DNA from: Pseudodesulfovibrio piezophilus C1TLV30 | GTDB lineage: Bacteria > Desulfobacterota > Desulfovibrionia > Desulfovibrionales > Desulfovibrionaceae | Reading direction: 5' to 3' | Assembly: GCF_000341895.1 (NCBI RefSeq) | Contig: NC_020409.1 | Coordinates: forward strand, 2,190,001-2,222,000 | DNA length: 32,000 bases | Part shown: positions 8,875 to 16,899 of the stretch, piece after piece | Layout of the letters: each line of letters opens with the position of its first letter | Position numbering within the stretch: the stretch's first letter is position 1 | Translations under genes and position numbers: made by a program | The notes under the pieces: generated by a model | Database searches by the model: none | The model's input: only the letters and a program-made list of their open reading frames with translations | Told to the model about the DNA's origin: nothing

Positions 8875-10419
8875 ATGCATTCCACGACACACAAGAACGG
8901 CCCGGTCCTGCTCATCAGCCATGAGCTGTCATATACCTTTCCGTTTTCCTATGCGTACCTTGCAGGAGCGCTCAAGGAAGCGGGATTTGTCGTGGAAGTG
9001 CTTTTCCGCCCTGGATTGCAGGCGGATTTTCCGAAATTCGTCAAGGAGATACTAGCGCGAAAACCACTCATGGTCGGCCTTGGCAATCTCTATCCCGAAC
9101 TCTTGCCTATCAAACGGCTCATAGAATTGATGGACACGGGCGGACGAGATTTCCCCATCGTCATAGGTGGGCAGATGGTCTCGCCCACCCCGGAATTCGC
9201 ACTCCAGATAACCGGAGCGGACATGGGTGTCATCGGTGAGGGAGAACTGACCATGACCAATCTGGCCCGCGCCCTGCGCGATGGCAAAGACCCGGCCTCA
9301 GTCAGCGGTATGGTTGTCAGAAATGAGCTGAATTTCATCAATACGGGTCCGGGGGAATACATCAAGGATCTGACCGAACTGCCCGAGATTCCCTTTGAAC
9401 TTTTCCCGGAAGAACAATGGCTCCAGGTCGGTAAGGTTTTCGTCAATAACCCGCAACCGCAGTGGCGATACGACGATCGGGTCATCTCCATCCACGGAGG
9501 GCGGGGATGTCCTTTCCGATGCAATTTCTGCTACCATCACAGCCGTATCCGATACCGCCGTATCGAAGACATGATGCAGGAAGCACAAGAATGGTTGAAG
9601 CGGTTTGACGGCAATATGCTCATGTTCAGCGATGATCTGGTGCTGGCCACGCCGAAGCGGGCCGAAAAGCTCGTGGAATTGGTCAGCGGCCTGGACCGCA
9701 AGGTTGATTACCGCATCACCTGCCGCTTCGATGTTCTCAGCAAAATAGACGATCACCTGCTGAGAGAAATGAAACGGACCGGATTGCGCATCATGGCTCT
9801 CGGCATCGAATCCGGCAGTCAACGAATCCTCGACATCATGGACAAACGCATCACCGTGGATCAGATCAGGGATGGAGTCCGACGGTTGGCGGAAAACGGC
9901 ATTTTCGCTTCAGGCAATTTCATGTTCGGCCAGATTTCAGAAACCCGCGAGGATGGAGACGCTTCCATAGCCCTGATGCAGGACCTGTGCAAACTGCACA
10001 AACATATTCAACTCTCCTCGACGATTGCCACGCCTTTCCCTGGCTCGGGGCTCTGTGACTATGCACTGGAAAAAGGACTGATAAAGGACCAGCAGGACCT
10101 GTTCGACCGCTTCAATTCCTTTGTGGATATCTCGGTCAACCTGTCAGACATGAGTGATGAAGAGCTCCTGGATCTAAAACGACAATTTGACACAGGATAC
10201 AGGGAAGCCCGAACCAATTCCTCAGGAGCCATGACAGCCATGGTCGAAAATTCCATACGCAGACTGGGCGGGCTGGATATGAAGCTGCGCCGACGCCTGT
10301 TCAGCGACCACCCAGAAACACCCCCATCCTGGTACAGCAACACCTATGACCTGGCACAACGAACACTGGGGAAATTGCAATTATCCCTACGTGGCATCTC
10401 TCGTTTTGAGACCATATAG
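8875..10419 (+). CDS. B12-binding-domain radical SAM enzyme (class B radical SAM methyltransferase-like)
   Basis: N-terminal Rossmann-like cobalamin-binding region ('PLMVGLG', 'PIVIGGQ'). Radical SAM motif 'GGRGCPFRCNFCYH' (CxxxCxxC, nt 9508-9531). 514 aa. Confidence 0.85.
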   Translation: MHSTTHKNGPVLLISHELSYTFPFSYAYLAGALKEAGFVVEVLFRPGLQADFPKFVKEILARKPLMVGLGNLYPELLPIKRLIELMDTGGRDFPIVIGGQMVSPTPEFALQITGADMGVIGEGELTMTNLARALRDGKDPASVSGMVVRNELNFINTGPGEYIKDLTELPEIPFELFPEEQWLQVGKVFVNNPQPQWRYDDRVISIHGGRGCPFRCNFCYHHSRIRYRRIEDMMQEAQEWLKRFDGNMLMFSDDLVLATPKRAEKLVELVSGLDRKVDYRITCRFDVLSKIDDHLLREMKRTGLRIMALGIESGSQRILDIMDKRITVDQIRDGVRRLAENGIFASGNFMFGQISETREDGDASIALMQDLCKLHKHIQLSSTIATPFPGSGLCDYALEKGLIKDQQDLFDRFNSFVDISVNLSDMSDEELLDLKRQFDTGYREARTNSSGAMTAMVENSIRRLGGLDMKLRRRLFSDHPETPPSWYSNTYDLAQRTLGKLQLSLRGISRFETI

Positions 10420-10420
10420 A

Positions 10421-10440
10421 TTCAAGAGAGTTCAAGAGTA
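10421..10440. repeat. Tandem direct 10-mer (ttcaagagag / ttcaagagta) immediately after the operon A stop codon
   Basis: Read directly: TAG stop at 10417-10419, then two adjacent copies differing at one position. Confidence 0.5.
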
Positions 10441-10688
10441 AACACAGAACCACGGCAGAACATCACAAGCCTGCTTCTGCCACAATGAGTATCAGGCCAG
10501 CAACCAATCGGGCGAGGGCATATTTCATCGTCCCAAAAGCCACGAGACCAGGGCAAACGCGCTGCACACCCGAGGTTCCTGTCCGTGCACGTACGGCTCC
10601 ATGTGAAAGAAAAGTCCCTTTCCAACGCCACAATCTCACGGAGAACCTTTATGGACGGACAGAAGATTCTCCGTGCTCTAAAGTCATT

Positions 10689-10736
10689 GGACAGACATAC
10701 CGATTAATCAACAAGTAAATGGTTTGTCCTTTTTTT
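10689..10736 (+). terminator. Weak terminator-like element: 8-bp stem (GGACAGAC / GTTTGTCC, one G-U) with a large 25-nt loop, followed by T7
   Basis: Stem arms at 10689-10696 and 10722-10729, T-run at 10730-10736. The loop is atypically large, so confidence is low. Confidence 0.3.
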
Positions 10737-10890
10737 CTCAGAAGCTTCCTTGTTGAAAAAAAGAGATTCAACCCGTTCTCATTGGATTTCCAAGCCAGGA
10801 CTCGATATGTTCTTTTTTTAAAATTGTTCAAGTAGTAAATAAGTGATATATCGTGATTCACCACAACGAAGTACAACAAGGAGCGCAGGA

Positions 10891-10906
10891 TGGCCTATAA
10901 TTTGCA
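10891..10906 (+). promoter_or_regulatory. Promoter candidate for operon B: sigma54-type -24/-12 element TGGCCT-ATAAT-TTGCA, which also embeds a perfect sigma70 -10 hexamer TATAAT (10896-10901)
   Basis: GG (10892-93) and GC (10904-05) have the exact -24/-12 spacing of the TGGCAC-N5-TTGCA consensus. It sits ~75 nt upstream of the 10980 start in an AT-rich spacer. The sigma70 reading has only a poor -35 (ACAACA). Confidence 0.45.
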
Positions 10907-10979
10907 CCAAATCACACCTGTGCCAAGCTCTTGAGCTTCACCCCGGAACATTTTAAGACCAAATGATTTATTGTAAAAG

Positions 10980-12236
10980 ATGACAATAAGATACACTACT
11001 CGATATCAGCCAGGCGACAACACAGGCCATGAATTGTCCCAAGCGGTCATTCTTGCCGGGGGACTTGGTACCCGTTTGCGTCCGTTTACCGAGAACAACC
11101 CCAAGCCAATGATTCCCGTGTGTGGCCGACCTTTTCTTGACCGGCTCTTGGAACAGGTCAGGGACCAAGGGATTTCCCGCGTCCTTCTGCTGCTCGGGTA
11201 TCTTCCAGACATCATCATGGACCACGTGGGCGACGGCAGTCGATTCGGACTGGAGGTGACCTATTCGATCTCGGATGTGAACAATGACACCGGCCGGCGC
11301 CTCAAGCTTGCCCGCCCCATGCTTGATGACCATTTCCTGCTCATGTACTGCGACAATTTTCTCCCCGTGGACGTGAGCGCCATGTGGCACCAGTACAAGC
11401 AGAGCAACACACGCTGCCAGATCACGGTCTATGCCAATGACGACGGCTACACGAAGGACAATCTTCGGCTCGATGCAGATCACATGGTCGAAACATACGA
11501 CAAGACCCGGCAGGCAGAGGATCTCGAAGGCGTGGACATAGGCTACGCCATCGTCGCCAGAAATGTCGTGGATGCCCTGCCTGAAGAGAATGTCAATTTC
11601 GAGGCCTGCGCCTATCCCGCATTAATCGAAGAACGCAGGTTGGGAGGGTTTCTGACCGGCCATCGGTACTACAGTATCGGCAGCCATGAGCGCCTGCCGC
11701 AGACGGAACGCTTTTTCGCACACCCCCGCGCCATCATTCTGGATAGGGACGGAGTGCTCAACGTCAAACAACCTCGCGCCTGCTATGTGACCACACCGGA
11801 GCAGTTCCAGTGGATTCCCGGCTCACGTGAGGCCGTCAAACTGTTCACCGATGCCGGGTACCTGATCTTTCTGATTACCAACCAGGCCGGAATCGCCCGA
11901 GGTGTCATGACCGAAGACGATTTGGAACGGGTCCATGCCACCATGCTGGCAGACCTGCGCGACATCGGGGCAAACATCGACGCCATCTATTACTGCCCCC
12001 ACGGATGGGATGAGGGATGTTCCTGTCGTAAGCCCGCGCCGGGTATGCTTTTCACCGCCCAACGGGAATTTGACCTGAATTTGCAAAAAGCCGTGTTCAT
12101 CGGCGACGACGAAAGGGATATGGAAGCCGGGCTCCGAGCCGGATGCCCTTCCATCCTAGTCACGGACGATATACCTCTGATCGAGGTGGCTCGCCACCTT
12201 CTGGAAAGCAACCGCAACCCACATGAGAAACGATGA
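10980..12236 (+). CDS. Bifunctional sugar-1-phosphate nucleotidyltransferase (HddC-like, D-glycero-D-manno-heptose-1-P guanylyltransferase) / D,D-heptose 1,7-bisphosphate phosphatase (GmhB, HAD family)
   Basis: N-terminal 'AVILAGGLGTRLRPFTENNPKPMIPV' NTP-transferase G-loop. C-terminal GmhB signatures 'ILDRDGVLN', 'ITNQAGIARG', the Zn-site 'YYCPHGWDEGCSCRKPAPGM', and 'FIGDDERDMEAG'. Confidence 0.85.
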   Translation: MTIRYTTRYQPGDNTGHELSQAVILAGGLGTRLRPFTENNPKPMIPVCGRPFLDRLLEQVRDQGISRVLLLLGYLPDIIMDHVGDGSRFGLEVTYSISDVNNDTGRRLKLARPMLDDHFLLMYCDNFLPVDVSAMWHQYKQSNTRCQITVYANDDGYTKDNLRLDADHMVETYDKTRQAEDLEGVDIGYAIVARNVVDALPEENVNFEACAYPALIEERRLGGFLTGHRYYSIGSHERLPQTERFFAHPRAIILDRDGVLNVKQPRACYVTTPEQFQWIPGSREAVKLFTDAGYLIFLITNQAGIARGVMTEDDLERVHATMLADLRDIGANIDAIYYCPHGWDEGCSCRKPAPGMLFTAQREFDLNLQKAVFIGDDERDMEAGLRAGCPSILVTDDIPLIEVARHLLESNRNPHEKR

Positions 12237-13291
12237 CCACCACCAATGACATCAAGACCGTTCTTGTCACCGGCAACCTCGGCTACATCGGCACGGTACT
12301 GACCCCGATCCTGTCCGACCTGGGCTATACCGTCCACGGACTCGATACCGAATTCTACGATGAAACCTGCCAACTTTATCCTTTCGCCTCCGGGGTCGAC
12401 AAACAGGTGCGCAAGGATGTGCGAGATGTGGAACCTGCCGATTTCGAGGGCGTGGACGCCGTGATCCACCTCGCGTCTCTCTCCAACGATCCGCTGGGCG
12501 AATTCGATCCATCTATCACCGAAGCAATCAACTACACCGCGACCATGCGCGTGGCCGACTGCGCCCGCACAGCCGGAGCCAGTCGATTCGTCTATGCGTC
12601 ATCCCAGAGCATGTACGGTGTTTCCGACACCAGTGTGGAATTGGACGAAGACGACTCCGAAAAAAATCCGGTAACCGCATATGCCAAGACCAAATGGCGC
12701 GCCGAATGCGAACTGCGCGATATGGTGGATGACCGGTTCCTGACGACTTTTTTTCGCCCCTCCACGGTCTTCGGAGCCAGCCCCAGACTGCGGTGCGATA
12801 TCGTTTTCAACAACCTCGTGGCCTGCGCGCACACCACCAACCGGGTGGAAATCATGAGCGACGGCACCCCATGGCGACCGGTCATCCACATCCGCGACGT
12901 TTGTTCGGCCTTTATTTCCGGTCTGACTGCCCCGCGTGAAACAGTGGCAGGACGCGCTTTCAACGTGGGCATCGAAAACGGTAACTTCACCGTGCGCGAT
13001 CTGGCCGAAGCCGCTCAACGGGCCGTGCCGGGCAGTGACCTCGTCTTCACGGGAGAACATGTCGATTCTCGCACCTATCGAGTGGGGTTCAATCGCATTC
13101 TGACCGAACTCAAGGGACACTTCATGCCCGAATGGGGGCTGGACCGGGGAGGGCAGGAACTCGTCGAACTATTCAAGCGTGTCTCCCTGACCGAAGAGGA
13201 TTTTCGCGGCGAAAAATGCATTCGCCTGATGCGTCTGAAAAATCTTATTTCACAAGGCCAATTGGACAGCAACCTGCGCTGGAAGGAGTAA
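12233..13291 (+). CDS. NAD(P)-dependent extended-SDR sugar epimerase/dehydratase
   Basis: 'VLVTGNLGYIGTVL' GxxGxxG and catalytic 'YAKTK' (YxxxK). ATGA overlap with the upstream gene. Confidence 0.8.
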   Translation: MTTTNDIKTVLVTGNLGYIGTVLTPILSDLGYTVHGLDTEFYDETCQLYPFASGVDKQVRKDVRDVEPADFEGVDAVIHLASLSNDPLGEFDPSITEAINYTATMRVADCARTAGASRFVYASSQSMYGVSDTSVELDEDDSEKNPVTAYAKTKWRAECELRDMVDDRFLTTFFRPSTVFGASPRLRCDIVFNNLVACAHTTNRVEIMSDGTPWRPVIHIRDVCSAFISGLTAPRETVAGRAFNVGIENGNFTVRDLAEAAQRAVPGSDLVFTGEHVDSRTYRVGFNRILTELKGHFMPEWGLDRGGQELVELFKRVSLTEEDFRGEKCIRLMRLKNLISQGQLDSNLRWKE

Positions 13292-13295
13292 CCCT

Positions 13296-14564
13296 GTGGA
13301 TGCCATTACCCACTGCCGTGGATGTGAGTGTTCGGATATCACCCCGTTTTTCGACCTCGGAGACCTGCCCTTGGCCAACGGATTGGTCTCTCCGGGCACT
13401 GCTGAACCGGACGCCCGATACCCACTCTCCCTGTCATTCTGCCCTGAATGCGGCCTGGTCCAACTGAATCACACCGCTGATCCCGAGGAGCTTTTCTCCC
13501 AGTATGTCTGGGTAACCGGGACATCGGCCACAGCCCAGAGCTATGCACGGCTTTTTCGAGACCGTGCTTTTGAACGAATCCATCGCACCGAAACGCCTCT
13601 GGCTCCAAAGGGCAGTTTCATTGTGGAAGTGGCCAGCAATGACGGCACCTTTCTCAGACCTTTTCAAGAAGCGGGAAGCAGGGTTCTCGGCATTGATCCG
13701 GCCAACAATATTGTCAAGGCCGCCAATGAACAGGGTATTCCCACCCGGTGCGATTTCTTCGGCGAGACCGTGGCCCGCGAGGTCGTGACCGAACACGGCC
13801 ACCCGGACATCGTCTTTGCCCGCAACGTCATTCCCCATGTGGCGAATCTGCACGACTTTGCCGAAGGCCTGCGGGTCTGTCTGGAGGGCGGCGGAATCCT
13901 GGCGGCGGAGGTGCACTACGCAAAAGAAATCCTGGAAAACCTACACTACGACTCCATTTATCACGAACACTTGTGTTATTTCACACTAAAAAGCTTCGAA
14001 GCCCTCCTGGCCCGACACGGTATGTTCGCCTTTGATCTCGAAAGCAGCCCCATCAGCGGCGGGTCCATCGTGGTCTACGCCTCCCTTGAAAAACGCCCTC
14101 GCTCGCATCAGCTCGACGCCTTTGCCAAAGCCGAAGCAGACTGCGCCACCAATGAATTGACGAGCTGGAACCAGTTTGCCGCCACAGCCATCGACCACCG
14201 GGACCACCTCGTGGACATGATCCATGATGCGCTGGACAGAGGTCATGTCCTCATCGGATACGGTGCTTCGGCTCGCAGCTCCACCCTACTCAACTTTTGC
14301 GGCATCGGCCCGGACATGCTCCCGGTCATAGCCGACCAAAGCCCCTTGAAGCACGGTTTGTTGACCGCCGGGAATCGCATCCCCATCGTTGCCCCGGACA
14401 CGGCCATGGAATCCATACCTGATACCGTGGTCATACTGGCCTGGAACTTTCTGGAAGAGATCGCGGGAATCCTGCGAGACACATACGGATTTACGGGAAA
14501 GATACTGGCGCCCCTGCCTTTTCCCCCCACCATGACCACAGCAGACGAGGTGTGCCGTGACTGA
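13296..14564 (+). CDS. NDP-sugar C-methyltransferase-like (Zn-ribbon + class I SAM MTase + C-methyltransferase C-terminal domain; TylCIII/Methyltransf_13/14 architecture)
   Basis: N-terminal Zn ribbon 'CRGCECSD..CPECGLVQL'. SAM domain 'IVEVASNDGTFL'. C-terminal 'LIGYGASARSSTLLNF'. GTG start 7 nt after GGAAGGAG. Confidence 0.8.
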   Translation: MDAITHCRGCECSDITPFFDLGDLPLANGLVSPGTAEPDARYPLSLSFCPECGLVQLNHTADPEELFSQYVWVTGTSATAQSYARLFRDRAFERIHRTETPLAPKGSFIVEVASNDGTFLRPFQEAGSRVLGIDPANNIVKAANEQGIPTRCDFFGETVAREVVTEHGHPDIVFARNVIPHVANLHDFAEGLRVCLEGGGILAAEVHYAKEILENLHYDSIYHEHLCYFTLKSFEALLARHGMFAFDLESSPISGGSIVVYASLEKRPRSHQLDAFAKAEADCATNELTSWNQFAATAIDHRDHLVDMIHDALDRGHVLIGYGASARSSTLLNFCGIGPDMLPVIADQSPLKHGLLTAGNRIPIVAPDTAMESIPDTVVILAWNFLEEIAGILRDTYGFTGKILAPLPFPPTMTTADEVCRD

Positions 14565-15024
14565 CCAGACCTGCGCCATCGATGGCGTGATCATCCGCCC
14601 CCTGCGCCGCATTCCGGACGAGCGAGGCACCATCATGCACGGCGTGCGTGACGACAATGCCCTGAGCCACATGGGAGAAGTCTACTTCAAACGGTTGTAC
14701 GCCGGGGTCGTCAACGGCTGGCACGCCCATGAAACATTGGAGCTGAACTACATCTGTCTGACCGGCATGATCAAACTGGTGCTCTATGACCTGCGCAAGG
14801 AATCCCCGACCAAAGGGGCATTGCAGGAGATATATTTTGGCGACGACAACTACTGCATGGTTCACGTGCCGCCCGGCATCGCCAATGGCTCCAAGGGCAT
14901 GGCCAAGCCATGGTCACTGATGTGCAACGTGGCATCCCATGCCCACGACCCCTCTCTCAAATATCGCAGGATTGATCCCCATTCGGGTGAAATTCCATAT
15001 GATTGGGCACGAAAGGACTTTTAA
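14557..15024 (+). CDS. RmlC-like cupin: NDP-4-keto-sugar 3,5-epimerase family
   Basis: 'PDERGTIMHG', 'NGWHAHE', 'KLVLYDLRKESPTKG', 'VHVPPGIANG' align with dTDP-4-dehydrorhamnose 3,5-epimerase motifs. The GTG start overlaps the upstream stop by 8 nt. Confidence 0.7.
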   Translation: MTDQTCAIDGVIIRPLRRIPDERGTIMHGVRDDNALSHMGEVYFKRLYAGVVNGWHAHETLELNYICLTGMIKLVLYDLRKESPTKGALQEIYFGDDNYCMVHVPPGIANGSKGMAKPWSLMCNVASHAHDPSLKYRRIDPHSGEIPYDWARKDF

Positions 15025-15026
15025 CC

Positions 15027-15908
15027 ATGCGGATTCTGGTGACCGGAGCAACCGGATTCATAGGGAGCCACCTCATCCCCCTGCTTCTCGGGCACGGGCA
15101 TGAGGTCATCGGTGTTTTCCGGCACACCGTGGGCACTGCCGCCAGTCCCATGATACGAGCGGACCTGAACTCCGGGGAAGCTGTCACACGGCTCATGGAA
15201 TCCAGCCGTCCCGATGCCCTGGTTCATCTGGCATGGGAAGGATTGCCCGATTATTCCTATGCCATGTCCCGTCGAAATCTCGATGCTTCCCTGCGACTGT
15301 TCGAGGCCGCCAACCGGGCAGAGGTCGACCATATAGTGAGTTCCGGCAGTTGTTGGGAATACGCCGCCCCGACCGGGAAAACAGCGGAGGACGCTCCCCT
15401 GGCCCATGACGCACCGTTTCAGGCGGCCAAGAATGCCGCGTTTTTCATGGGGAACGGACTCGCCACCGCGTCGGACAGTCGATTTCACTGGCTGCGCCTT
15501 TTTTTCGTTTACGGACCAGGCCAACGACACAGGTCCCTTCTGCCCCATGTGGTTGATACCCTGTCACGCGGGGAACAACCGGATATCCGATCGCCGCAGG
15601 CCATGCAGGATTTCATCCATGTCTCGGATGTCGCCCGCGCTTTTGCCATGGTGCTGGACACGCCTCCGCCAAACGGCGCATATAACGTCGGATCAGGCGA
15701 GGCCACCGCAGTGTGGCGTATGGCAGAGACTGCACGCAAAGCCCTCGGCATATCCGCTCCGCTCTATGATCCGATTCCTGTCGAGACCGACCACGATCCC
15801 TTCCGGGCAGACTGTACCCGGCTCGGCGAGGCCACGGGCTGGCATCCCGAGCTGAATCTGGAAAACGGCATAGCCCACTATGTCAAACAAAGGCGGCATA
15901 CGTCATGA
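15027..15908 (+). CDS. NAD(P)-dependent extended-SDR (NDP-sugar reductase/epimerase-like)
   Basis: 'MRILVTGATGFIGSHL' begins at ATG 15027, 2 nt after the upstream TAA. This start is preferred over the ORF-track start at 15003. The expected YxxxK position reads 'FQAAK' (see findings). Confidence 0.8.
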   Translation: MRILVTGATGFIGSHLIPLLLGHGHEVIGVFRHTVGTAASPMIRADLNSGEAVTRLMESSRPDALVHLAWEGLPDYSYAMSRRNLDASLRLFEAANRAEVDHIVSSGSCWEYAAPTGKTAEDAPLAHDAPFQAAKNAAFFMGNGLATASDSRFHWLRLFFVYGPGQRHRSLLPHVVDTLSRGEQPDIRSPQAMQDFIHVSDVARAFAMVLDTPPPNGAYNVGSGEATAVWRMAETARKALGISAPLYDPIPVETDHDPFRADCTRLGEATGWHPELNLENGIAHYVKQRRHTS

Positions 15909-16885
15909 TCATTTCACGGACCCCCATGCGGGTCAGCTTTGCTGGCGGCGGCTCAGACCTCTCGGTCTACTATCAACAGACTCCCGGCATCGTCCTGAGC
16001 ACTGCCATCGACCGCTATATATACATCACCGTCAATAAAATGTTCGACGACAAGATACGGGTCAGCTACTCCACCACCGAAATAGTGGATTGCGTGGACG
16101 ACCTGAAGCACAACATCATTCGCGAAGCGCTCAAGATTGTCGGCATCAGCCATGGTGTGGAAGTTGTCTACATGGGTGACATTCCCATCGGAAATGCAGG
16201 CATCGGACTTGGCTCGTCCAGCAGCCTGGCCGTGGGGGTGCTCAATGCGCTCTACGCCTTCAAGGGCATGCATGTCTCGGCCGAACGACTAGCCCGTGAA
16301 GCATGCCAGATCGAAATCGAAATTCTTGGCCACCCCATCGGCAAGCAGGATCAATATATCGCGGCCTACGGCGGCATCAACACCATCCAATTCAATCAGG
16401 ATGAAAGCGTGTTTGTGGACCCGGTCATCTTTACCAGACAGACCAAAGCCGCATTGCAAGGCAAGCTGATGATGTTCTTCACCGGATTGGTACGGATTTC
16501 CTCTGACATACTTGCTGAGCAAAAAGGGAACATCAGGGACAATAAGACTTTTCTCGACAAAATGGTCGGACTGGCGCGGGTAATGCGGGAAAGCCTCGTG
16601 GCCAATGAATTCGATCGGGTCGGCGAGATTCTTCATGCGGGCTGGATGTGCAAGCGCAACCTGGCCTCCACCATTTCATGCACATCCATCGATGAGGATT
16701 ACCAACGAGCCATGGACGCCGGAGCCATCGGAGGTAAGATTCTGGGTGCTGGCGGTGGCGGATTTCTGCTCTTCTACTGCGACGAGGAAAAACAGGCATC
16801 CGTGCGACAGGCTCTCTCCCATCTCAAGGAAACACCCTTCAATTTCGAACCGCAGGGCAGCAAGATCATCCACCTGAGCGACTAG
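15905..16885 (+). CDS. hddA: GHMP-family sugar kinase, D-glycero-D-manno-heptose 7-phosphate kinase (HddA)-like
   Basis: 'MIISRTPMRVSFAGGGSDL' N-terminus and the GHMP ATP motif 'GNAGIGLGSSSSLAVG'. ATGA overlap upstream. Confidence 0.8.
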   Translation: MIISRTPMRVSFAGGGSDLSVYYQQTPGIVLSTAIDRYIYITVNKMFDDKIRVSYSTTEIVDCVDDLKHNIIREALKIVGISHGVEVVYMGDIPIGNAGIGLGSSSSLAVGVLNALYAFKGMHVSAERLAREACQIEIEILGHPIGKQDQYIAAYGGINTIQFNQDESVFVDPVIFTRQTKAALQGKLMMFFTGLVRISSDILAEQKGNIRDNKTFLDKMVGLARVMRESLVANEFDRVGEILHAGWMCKRNLASTISCTSIDEDYQRAMDAGAIGGKILGAGGGGFLLFYCDEEKQASVRQALSHLKETPFNFEPQGSKIIHLSD

Positions 16886-16899
16886 CCCGGAGACGACGT

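Noticed and set aside
10485-10718. 77-aa ORF in the operon A/B spacer, ending just before the T7 run
   Set aside because: There is no Shine-Dalgarno sequence. The product is Arg/Pro/Thr-rich and low-complexity with no motif, so it more likely reflects non-coding or degraded sequence.
15003-15026. Upstream ATG start for the second SDR
   Set aside because: It would overlap the preceding gene by 22 nt and add 8 residues before the Rossmann strand. ATG 15027 directly yields 'MRILVTGATGFIG', the usual SDR start.
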